Assembly (NCBI RefSeq): GCF_040938485.1
Contig: NW_027271094.1
Span: forward strand, 248,001-312,000
DNA length: 64,000 nt
Reading direction: 5' to 3'
Source: Diadema antillarum
Taxonomy: Eukaryota
The translations under genes were made by a program, and so were the position numbers. Shown in pieces: positions 12,201 to 24,200 of the stretch; position 1 is the first letter of the stretch; the number at the start of each line of letters is the position of its first letter. The notes under the pieces were generated by a model. That model made no database searches, was not told where the DNA came from, and worked only from the letters and a program-made list of their open reading frames with translations.

Positions 12201-15200
12201 TACAGTCAAACCTGTCTATAGCCACCCAAGGGAGACGAAAAAAAAATGGCCGTTATAGACAGGTGGCCGCTATAATTGGGTTATCCAAGTACATATAGCC
12301 TAATCATGTACATGCACATTGTACATGCATGTGTGTATGTATGCACTCGTGTGTTTCATGCATTGAACAATGCATGGTGATTATGAAATTGTTGCACAGT
12401 AGCATGTGTATAATTCTGAAGAAAGCTTAACACTAGTGCATTGCTATGACTGAATGAGTGATGACTGAAGCGGTGGTGATCACTGAACGTTGCCCAGGAA
12501 TAAGTGGCAGGACTACAAAGCAGCAAAACACGCTGAATTATCTACTCGGCTACGGCTCCATCGGTTCTTTGGCCGCTATAGGCAGGTTGAAAGCTCCCAC
12601 GGGAAACAAAAGTTGTGGCCGCTGGCCGCGTTAGACAGGTGGCCGCTATACACAGGGTCTTAAACAGGGCTTTTCTCTCGGGGGGATTTTTCAGTGGCCG
12701 TTATAGACAGGTGGCCGCTAAGGCAGGTTCGATTGTATGTCTAAACTTTCTCCACATCCTTGGCGTCTTCCTCCAGGGAACAGCTTGTGTCTGTGTATGA
12801 GGCCACTGGAGAGCTACTGGTAGATCTGGGCTCAGACCAGACCTCCTGCCACAACCCATTCAACGGAGGCTACTACCCAGTCCAGCTGACCTTTGACCAG
12901 GCCAATGACATGATGGTCACTGACCCTGTGCGTTTCAAGAACCTGGTGCAGGAGAGGTGTGGATTTCTACTTGCTAGTCAACCCATATTGAAAGTTGTTT
13001 AGTCAAGACATTTTGCTTCTTTTTTTTTTTCTTCTTCTTTTTTTTTGAGGGGAGGGGGGATATATTTAGGATTTGTGTATATTGGTCTCTGTATGTGTTC
13101 CTCGAACTAATATGGGACATAGAATTTTCATTTTCATATGCACCAGGCAGTGAATAGCATGTGAATGTTTTTAGTGTATAATGCAAAGAAAGTTGATTTG
13201 GTCTGAGAGTAATGTGGTGTATGTGCATGCTGGTTAGTACTGATGGTCTAAATTTAAAGCATAGGTATGGTAGAATACACCATGTCTGAGTCTAGCTGTT
13301 TTGTCAGTATTGTGATATTGCCGGAAAAGTCTGTCCATGTATATACAGATAATTGTTGGATCTGTAGTCAACCTTGCTTTAGTCGACCTCGCGTAAGTAA
13401 AATAATTGCCTAAGTATAAGGTCTTTTAAAGTCCTCTTCTCTTTATATTCTTTTACTTGTACTCTCTCATTACTCAAATTTTCTCGAAGTTGAAGCATTT
13501 CTTCAGTCCAAATAGATTCAAATAGATTCATCTTAGGCAAGGTTGGCTGTAGTGTCATCTATATGTGATTGCCCTCTACTGTGTGTTCATCTGTCTTTCT
13601 CTCCGTCTGCTCTAGCTTGCGGAGGCAGATTGCAGCAATCGACAGACTGTCGTCACTGGGCATTTACTTCTTTGACTACGGCAACGCCTTCCTTCTGGAG
13701 GCTAGCCGAGCAGGTCAGTGTTAAGAAACTTTACCTCCAAGATTGCAGGAAAACAAAATGTTCTCCAGGCCTCGAATTATCCGACGGCCACCGACGGCCA
13801 TGGCAGTCGGTGCCCCTTTCGTTGGCCGCAATGCCTTTTTTAAATGTGCCCTTTTTCTTGTGGCCGTGCCGTGGTGCCCTTTTAGAATGAAAGTTATTAT
13901 TTATGATGTATAATATGCCCTTTCTCAAAGTCTACACTTAAATAAGCTTGAACAACTTTCCTGATCTCAAATATCATACCTTCAGTTCACTCGCGTCCCA
14001 ATATATCTGATTCAAACTCAAAGTATCTTTCCGAGATACGAGACGACGTGTACGTACATGTACGCCCGACCGGCTTTTACCGTCCCGACTGCCTCCGCAG
14101 CGCAGCGGCCATAGAGTTACTAGCTAGGCAGCGGCGGGCTGGAGCAAGTGGTCGCAAGCCATGCTAAAAAATGCCAGGCCTGTCGGACGGCTGCGAGCAT
14201 TGCCATCTCTCTCGCTCTGCATTCAAAGCAAAATGGCGCCGCAAGTGCTCCAAAGCGAGCCCGGCGTATGCGTTGAGAACGTACTGTATTACAGAACCTA
14301 CATTGTATTGCGAATGGCCTACTGCCTAACGTCGTCTGCTGCGGAGAGATCTTATGCGTGCGTGCGCTGCTAGAGTGTAGCAGCACGGTCAATAGCATAC
14401 AGCTCTATGGGGCATTCACATCACATATAAACACCCAACATGCCCTTTCCAATGTGGCCTTGGTGCCCCTCTGACTGACCTAAGTGCCCTTTAATGGCTG
14501 GCCTCTTGGAAAAAGTGCCCTTTTCTAAATGGCCTTGCCCCTCCAAAATCCTATTTCAAGGCCTGCTCTCATTCTCATGTTCATTTCTAGTAATTCTTTC
14601 AAGACAAGATTTTCACTTTCTGCATAACAGATGTTATATGTATCTGGCTCAAGATAAAAATGTAATTGCTATAATTTGCAACAGGAAGAGTCTTATTTTC
14701 TTCTTCTTCCTCTTTTTTTACTCAAGGCAAAAGCCACTGAGATGATGAAACACCTAAGTGGAATAAGTAAGGTTGCTTTTCTCTTTGATTCTGTGTGTAC
14801 CATCTGTGCTGATGATACATTATAGTAACAATAAAAGATACAAGAAGCTAGATATAAGATGTGTGTACCCATTTTCCGTCTTTCTAGGAGCCAACATCCA
14901 AGCAGAGACGGACGGGGCCAGTGCAGGAAACCGTTTCAAGTATCCATCCTACGTCCAGGATATCATGGGGTAAGTTGAAGGGAATTGGGCCAACAGGGCA
15001 GTGTTTCATGAAGCTTGTTAGTCACTGACAACTGTTTAATGCTACTGAAATCCTCACATCTGATTGGCTGAGGGGAAATTCCTAATTCACTGGCAAAACA
15101 CTTGATGAAATGCCCCCTGGATGCATATCACATGTCATATCATATCAATGTTGATAGCAATGCAATGTCTAGGTCATACATTGTATCTAGACACCGCATT

Positions 15201-18200
15201 GTGTGGTAGACTGGAACCATTTGGTTTCCAGCATTGTCGCCAACAAGTTGGGGTACGTTGTGTTTACTTACTTTACTTGGAGTTTACTTGGATTTGCCCC
15301 TCCAGGTTTCGCTATCCCTCTGATATGGGCTGTACTTTAGGGGATGGCTGTTCCAGTGTTTCTCAAGGATAGTTTTAAATTGATTGACACTTGTTGCTCT
15401 GACAGCTGCGTCTGCCAAGGAGTTCCAGTTGTTACAACTGCGAACAGAGAAGGTCTTGTGGTGCAGCATATGTTTGGATCTGGGTTTTCTGACTTTCATG
15501 CAGTGGCCTCTGGTTCTTGAGCTATCTACCGATTTGAAAAATTTGTGTACACAAGGTGGTCAATCCCGTTCATGATCTTATATATTTGTAGAACCTCTGC
15601 TCTTTGTCTCCTGTATGCAAGAGTCTCCAAACCCAGGGCTTTCAGTCTGTCTGGATATTCCAGGTGGCAAAGATGTGGAAGTTGACATGTGGCTCTTTGC
15701 TGCACTTTCTCTAACAAATCCTCATCTTTTTTTAGCATAGGACACCATACCGAGTTGCGATATTCTTGTGTGGGTCTGACGATAAGACTTGTAGAGCTTA
15801 AGCCATCCTCTTTCATTCAGGCTAGAAAAAGGATCTATTCAGAATGCCAAGCTTGGTATTGGCTCTTTTGGTTATCTCAGCTACAACCCGTACTTGCTCA
15901 GAGAACAAAAGTGCAGAGTCAAAGGTCACTCCAAGGTCTTTCTCATGTTCAGCCACAGGGATCTTTCTTTGGCTACTAGTTGTTGTTATTGTGTAGTCGT
16001 TCTTCTGGTTCTGTTTCCCGTAGTTAACAACCTTGCATTTTGTGATGTTGAATTGCAACTTCCATTTGTCGGCCCAGGCTGAGACAGCATGAATGTCCTT
16101 TTTACAAATGTTCTGCTTCGCTTTGATTTTCAACAACATGGTATAACTTGGTATCATCGGCAAACAATTTAATTTCAGATGTCACCTCTTCCGGCAGATC
16201 GTTAATGAAGCAGAGAAAGAGCACTGGTCCCAACACGCTGCCCTGAGGGATCCCACTGGATACTGAATGTGGAGATGACAGTTTACCATTCACAATGACT
16301 CTCTGTGACTTTCCCGTCAAGTAGGCCTCTATCCAGTGGAGAACATGACCAGTTATTCCATTGGCTTGTATCTTGCAAAGCAGGCATTTGTTGGACACAG
16401 TTTCAAATGCTTTCCTGTAGTCTAAATAGATACAGTAAATACAGTGACTGTTATTTATCTCTGCAGTCCACTCTTCTAGCACCTCGAGAAGTTTGGCCGG
16501 GCTAGAGCTGCAGCGGACATGGTTGGTGATGTCATCAAGAGTTGAGACAGCTGTCCTACTGTACTTCTTGAACAGGCTGAAGCCAAGGTTGGGTGAGAAC
16601 TTTGTGTGGCCAGCCAAGAGGAAGTTGAGAGTGATGGTGTGATGAAGTCCTTTCATGGTATGCCAACACAAGTACCATAGCAAGAACTTGTTCTTATTCT
16701 GACCTGCACAGTTATCACAGTGCAGGTCAAGGTGATGTTCTCTGAGGCCGTACTTCCAAAAGAAGAAATGCAGGTAAGAAATGACCGAGATCGATCCCTT
16801 GGACAGACACATCGCCTTGTCAATCAGGAAGTTCACCTAAGAACAAAAAATATAACAAAATATAAAGATAGCAAAAGCATGAGTATTACAATCTTTGCAC
16901 TGAGAGGTTATTACGGTAATTTTGAGCTATGATAATCTTAACATCTCACCTGGCCAACACCTTTGCAGCTTCCTCCAAACACACCACACCACTTCCGGGG
17001 GGTCAGAAAGTACATCGGGCCAGGCTGTAAAGGGTTGGATGGAAAGTGAACCTGCTGTATGTGCATAATCAATCGGGGGGGGGGGGATATCAGGTCACGT
17101 TTCCTTGATGCGGGGTCGTCGTTGCTGCGGTTCGCCTCCACCATCCATTGTAGCACCTCTCGTTGCTGTTTTGCAGAGTTGAGGTGATTCAGGTGCTCCC
17201 TGGCCCGGGCCTCTTTTTCCTCCTCTGTCAGGTTGGCCCTTTGCATTTGGTACACTGCCAGGTTGTTTTTATGGCACTGCCAGCATACAGTCGCTCATGG
17301 GCGGCAGATGATGATGGGGGGGGGGGGGGGGGGGGGGGTGAACTGTTTCCACATCTTTAGGAACTCTTTTCCCTGGAGAGAAAGTTGTTAATAAAAAAAG
17401 ACAAACACACAAAGTTCAATGAATATTTTAGATAGTCTTATACATGTAGTGTGACTTATGGTTCGGACTAGCGTTTTAATTTTATAAACACTCTTCCAGT
17501 ATACTTCACAATACATGCATATCTTGACACTTTCATGTTTTGTCCTGATTTTTAAGAAACCAGTTTTTGTTGATACATATAAGATTGCTTAAAAGATAGA
17601 TCATAAAAAAAATAAAATCTTAAAAACACAGGTGCATTAAGAATGTAATAGTTTTTGATTCATTCTACTTTTATCATTCATATTCAGCTTTACAATGTTT
17701 CAGTCTCATTGAATTCAAATTGTATCCAAATTTTGAAATAAAAAATGACATAAAGCCCATCATTACAACAAGCAGCAAAATTGTGTGATGAACATACCTC
17801 GTTTCTCCATGATGCCAGTGTACACCCCCCACACCTTGGCCTGGGATAAGGATGAAGGCAGCAGTTTAACATCCAGACTTTTGTAACCTGGAATTCGTCC
17901 TGGCAGGAACACTGCATTTTCCTCTGTGAAGTTGATCAAGAACCTGACGACAGCCTATACGTTTTCTGCCGAGTAGCTCCTTGTGTTGAATCACTTCCCT
18001 CCTGCCTTGTGGGTCACAGAGCATACTCCGTGTTGGCGAAGCCATTTCTTTGGCCTTGTCAACTTATCCTTGGAAATGCTAATAGTAAAGAGAGATAGAG
18101 AGAGACAGACATTCACACATAAATTAATATGATAATTAAACTTCATATTTTCACAGTATTAATGTGCTATGTTAAGTAACTTGTAAACACACTGCTAAAA

Positions 18201-21200
18201 AAAAAAAAAAATCAAAAATTCATACATTTTGCATTTTCCAATCAACATTACAGCAAACGTCTCAACCAAAAGTATTCAGTGTTATGAGCCACTTTAGTGC
18301 ATCAACTCTGGTCTGCTTTGATCTGACAGAACAGTATGTCAGTAAAATTTACTGAGCTTATTTTTAGAAATCCTATAGGGCCCAAGTACAGCTGTACATT
18401 GTGGAGAGTGGCATGCACCAACCAAAAATAATAATTATAAAAGAAAATCATAATAATAGCACTTAAACACATGCCTCTTGCACAGCAACATAATGTGCTG
18501 AGTTACACATTATGTAATTAGGTCAGTACGTTTAGACATTGCATTGCATGAAATAAAAATTTGAAATCAACATTACAGCAATCTTTAATCCTAAGAAATC
18601 TGATCACATGAATTCTGAACTGCTGAACTGTAGTGCTCTTAGAGCAACAACAAATGGTGTCACGTGAGTGACTTTTTTTTCTATCTCTGCTACTCTGACA
18701 CCGAAAGAATGGAAATTCAAACTGTTTGCATGCTGTTATATTCGAGTTTAATCTTTGTAGCTTTCTCGTTCACAGCATATAACAATACATTGAGCATAAA
18801 AAGATAGTCGGAAACAAATTACAAATACATAACTGGGTTATCTTGGATGACTTGAACTGGTGATCCCCTCAGCTTGGCTCAGTCGTCATCGATGCCCAAT
18901 ACCCTCGTCGTCGACCTCGGCACAGTCGCTTGGCTTGTCTCTTGGAAGCACCCCTTGACTTGGCCACTCAGCTAGACGCTACCCTATCGGCGGTTCTCTC
19001 AGCTCCTCGGCCTTCACTAGTCCCTGCTACCACGCAGACTCCTGCCTTGACCCGAGCTCAAGCGACGGCGAGCAGGCAAATGGAGATTGAGCTCCGTACC
19101 AAAGTTCGGATAATAATTGTCAAAGTTCAGTTTATATCAGCAGCTGGAGCTCGCATCTCACCGACGTGGAAAACCCCCAGAAGAACGACTGCTGCCTAAG
19201 TGGAGATCTATGCTGGATGTCTGATTAAAGTGTTTCTCCCCGATCCTCTACATTCATCAGCTTTTTATTAGCTTCCCTAGCCATAGACATTTACACTAAA
19301 GTCCCTTACCCTCCCATACACTTGCTTTTTCATGCCTTTCCTACACTAAAGAAGTCATCCAATCAGCATGCTTAAATATAGCCCTATTGAAACTCTACAC
19401 AATACGTCTAGCCATCGTCTAGACTGCTGTTACATAACATCTCTACTCATGAACTTATGGACAATAAACTACAACCAGCACCCTAGTGACACTGACCTAG
19501 CTGAGTCTTGACTGAGCTAGATAGCATTCCTCGCCACCACCTGGATGGGAGCTATTACATAACACCTCTATTGACTCAATTTCTATAGTCCGAGTAAATA
19601 CACAATACTGCAAACCAGGCATGCTGTTGCCATGCTATTTCTTTAACTTTCGCTTTGTCTCATTTCATGCGAATGCCGTGTCTGAATTTAACTGATCTAG
19701 ACATGCTGTTGCTATGCCAGTTTATTCTTTAACTTTTACTTTGTCTCATTTAATATGAATTTCCAGACAGTCAGTTTCTTGCAGTTTGACCTAGTGGCTT
19801 TCTAGGACAGCTTTAAAGCTCTAAATCTTTGCAAATTCAAACAAATTCGATTTTACTTCACTGGCCAAAAATCAAAGATAAATTTCTCTCCTGACAAATA
19901 GCAAGGCTGTGATACAGTGCATACGATTTAGGCCTACCAGGTTCTAATGCATATTGTGGTCTATTATTTGATTGTATCTTTTTGCTCTAGATCTAACATA
20001 CAATGTACGTACAAATTCAAAAATCGGAACATGTCGGTGCAAATCCTCTGCCCATTGTAGGTGTAAGATGATCTGTCATGCTGGCGATCCTTTTGCTCCT
20101 TGCGCTTTGAACAGTTCGTTTTTTCCCCCAATGTTGTCACCATCTTCAGTTGTGCAAGTATGACTATGTCCTCTATCCGGGGAAAGTTCGAATATGGAGT
20201 ACCTGTACTCCATAACATCCTGCTAGTCCAGGTGGTCCATCATGCAGTTGTGCTTTCGGTTGCATCTGAACTCCCTCACAGTGCTCCGCTCCTTCTCCAG
20301 ATCCTCACTGTCATACTCCTTATGAATGTCTCTCTCAATTTTCTCGCTCATGTTCTCCAGCTGTTTGAACTCGTCCTCCTCATCCTCCTTATCCTCATCA
20401 TCAACACTCTCCATATCTACATCTTCATCTTCTCAGTCGTGAAAATCTGCTTCGATTTTGTCTACCTCGTCCGTCTTCTCCCACTACACGTAGCAGTTCG
20501 GGCTATGTTGATCCGGCAGCCACGGTTAATACGAGAACTCGTCCCGACCGGCATTTTGTTTTTATACCCTCTGTTAACAGTGCACGGTCGGTGATTGGTA
20601 AATACGAGCGAAAGATGAACAACATTACTACAACAGTAGGAAGGCAAAATATGACGCAAAAAGAAGAACGAACAGACTGAAGAGATGTATGTTGAAATTT
20701 GTCGTTGATTTCACACCTGCGAACACAGGGAGAGAAAGCCCAGGTAGAACGCCAAATTAAAAAATGCTGCGATCCCATGAGATCCAAACGTAAACAAACA
20801 AGCGCGAGCCAGTTCACATTGACAAAGCATTCCTTTTCAAATATCAGTCCGTGGTTGATATTACGGGACACGAACAATATTTCCCATGTTGCCTATGCCA
20901 TGCTTTATCCCTTTATGTGTTCAGGCACATAATAGCTTCCCTTGCCAAGCTTTTAAATCTGCATTTAATCACACTAAACTTGACCTAGTCCTAAGACAGC
21001 AAGCCTACTCAGAGGTAGCACTGTAACACAGTCCAACAAGAAGGCCACGGTGACACAATAAGGATTTGGGAAATAAAGTTATATCTACTCTTTGAAAATT
21101 AGTTTCCAGACACCTGAGCCAATGTGCAAAGGAAGAACTTCAGCTTGTGTGCCAAGCAGTGAAGAAAGCACATAGTAAAGATTAAAGATTTGCCAGCCAT

Positions 21201-24200
21201 AGCGAGGCAGGGTTTCATCACAGGAGCCTAGGTACATGTATCTTCCATCATTATTGTTCCTTTCTGTACTTTCTTTTTTTTTTCCAGGGACATTTTCTCT
21301 CTTGGCTTTGGTCCGTTCCGCTGGGTGTGTGCCTCCGGAGACCCAAATGACCTCTCCATGACAGACGAGATTGCTACCAATGTCCTTGAGGATTTCATCA
21401 ATGCGGGAGGTGATGATATGTTCTCCTCTGTGATAGTGATAGCAATGACAATGATATGGGATTTTATGTGTTTATTGTATTTTTCTGCCACACACAAGTT
21501 GAAACAGTGTGAACATACTCTGCATTCAAATATAGCCATACACGTAAAAGTGGGACCGAAGCTCAATGCGCACAAGATTTAGTGCAACTTTGAGGGTGGT
21601 TATAGGTTGACAACTTTGGAGTGTCATTATTTTCCAGCTCCCTCATCTTGGCTACTAGTATATTATCTAGAACCCAGCATTTCTAAGCAGTTCTAGTAAA
21701 TCATCTTCCTTTTCACTTTCTTTCACCCGCATTGTGTGGAATTAACTTTAGAACTGACACATGATGGTGCAGTCGGGCTTTTCTGTATGTTACACAATGA
21801 AAGGTTCCTAGTGTGCGCATAAATGGTGTCAGATTTTTCCATTTCTTAAAACGTGAACTATGTGTTTACGACACTTCTTGCTGTTAGATGACATTTCTGG
21901 CTTTGGTTTTGCAATGTTTCAGTGCCGGAGTCAACAGAACTGCAGTATGAAGACAACATTCGCTGGATCAAGGAGGCAGGAAACCACAAATTGGTAGGTC
22001 ACTTCCGTATTGGAGTCACTTCACAGTTTGAGCATTGTGAAGAGTTTTCCATTTGAAGTCAAAAGGGGCCTGAGCTTTCGATCCTAGCAGAATCTTTGTC
22101 AGAAGCAAACTGACAAACAGGCAGAGAAAGCAATCACAAATAATGTATGAGGACTACACACAACAAGAACAGTCATGGGAGGGCTGGGGACACAGAACAA
22201 AGAAAACGTAAAGGAAGGGTTGGAGGTAGTGGCCAAGGAGCCCAACAGGTAAAGGGAAAGGGGTTTTACATTTCTCAAATTTATAAATGCCACAATGGGC
22301 CAAACAACTGCCGACACTAGTGTGATTTGTAGATCTCAAACTTGTTCAGATGTAGGCTTGCTGTCAACCAGCTCTCAAGGGGTTAAACCTGGTGTCAAAA
22401 CATGTAGCTCAAGAGTTCTGTTAACACATTAAGAATATACATTCTTGGTGGAGGTTGGAACATGTGACAGCATTGCTCAGTAGGCATAAGTGGCACACTG
22501 ATGACCAAAGTTTAGAGATTCTCAATGTAGCATTGGAATGTCTGTCATGATGAAGGAAGCTAGCGACACGTGTTAAACTCACACATTTTTGCGATACATT
22601 AATTTTCGCGCATTTCACGCTACTTTTGGCTAGCGCAAATTTTAAAACCCGCGAAAACATCTTCACAATTTTCTCTGCCAATTTTGAATGAGTTGACAAT
22701 TGTGCTGTGCGAATTCAAGAACCCGCAAATATGTTTTTGAGCCGCTCAACACGAAAAATTAATCACGCAAAAATATTGACGTTTACAGTAGCCTCTAGTC
22801 CAGAGGTACATAAAGAGGACCAATCTAATGCTGATTTTAAAATGCAAAATATATAAAACTTGATGATTTGAACGTCTCTATGTCTTAGAAATGCATGGCT
22901 TATTGGCATTGCCCAGTGGGATGTGTGAGGATGTGTGAGGTGACTCTTCACTTTGCTGATATTGCACTCAAAACTTTAAACACCTCTGTTTTGCAAGGTG
23001 GTCGGCTCTCAGGCCCGCATACTGTACTCTGACCAGAGAGGACGTATTGCTATCGCACTGGCATTCAATGAAGCTGTGCGTGAGGGCAAGCTGCGCGGAC
23101 CGGTCATCATCAGCCGTGACCACCATGACGTGAGTGGGACGGACAGTCCGTACCGCGAGACGTCCAACATTTACGACGGATCGGCATTTTGTGCAGGTGA
23201 GTTTACTGTCAGGGTGTTGTGTGGGACAACAATGATCATAGAAATCACACAAGAGCCCACTACAGGAGTGAGGGGAATTCATGCCTCTATTTTAATTGTA
23301 TTACATGGCTTGTTTTATTTCTTGGTTGTTTTTTGGGGTTTTTTTTTTGCTTGCTTTGTGTGTATTCTGTGTGATTGTATGGCAAATTTTTCAGTAGGTC
23401 ATGGTATGATATATCCTTGCTATCTTTCTTTCTTTGCTCATATCATCTGATTTTTTTTTTCTGTAAAATGTGTGACAGATGACACAAGGCATGGCATTAC
23501 GCATTGTTGCTATTAAGCAGTAATGCTTTGCAGTATAATCGTCAAGGACTTGTTAATTGTAGGAAAAAAATCATCAGTATTATTCATGCAGAGAATGCTC
23601 CTCACTAGTGGGATATTCTAATTCACTTGAAATGTAAAGATACGTAATTATGTGTATTCAATATTTAGTTTATAAACTTGTGCTCCCCACTCCGTACCCC
23701 TCCATCTTCCACATCTAATCCTGATGTCATCATTCTTTTCCGTGTCCCCTCCCCCAGACATGGCCATCCAGAATGTGATCGGGGACTCCTTCCGGGGAGC
23801 CACCTGGGTCGCGATTCACAACGGGGGCGGGGTCGGATGGGGCGAGGTCATCAATGGGGGCTTTGGTATGGTGCTGGACGGCACCAACGAGGCTGACCAG
23901 AGGGCTAAGAAAATGCTGGCCTGGGACGTGTCCAATGGGGTGAGTCTAGCAAGTTTGTGAGTGGCTCGAAGATCAGTCCATTTCTTGGTGCAACTTTTCA
24001 TCTATATAGATCTCACTATACTGTTTGAGAGGTGTCAGTAGCTACAAGACAGTGTATCTGCAAAGTGTCACTCACCCATGTTGTAATTAGATAATGTGAA
24101 TAAATAGCATTAGTAGTATGATGTTTTGCACTCGCAGAAAACGTGTGGTATTATCCAGTCGAGATTTTTAGCGACAAAGTGGATACAACAACTCTGTGTA

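Noticed and set aside
19215-19275. Hammerhead-ribozyme-like CTGATGA..GAAA on the minus strand
   Set aside because: The bases between the two motifs do not form helix II and no helix III with a cleavage triplet can be drawn.
20100-20594. 164-aa Leu/Ile-rich plus-strand ORF
   Set aside because: Antisense reading of the acidic (GAG/GAT-rich) N-terminus of the decayed transposase.
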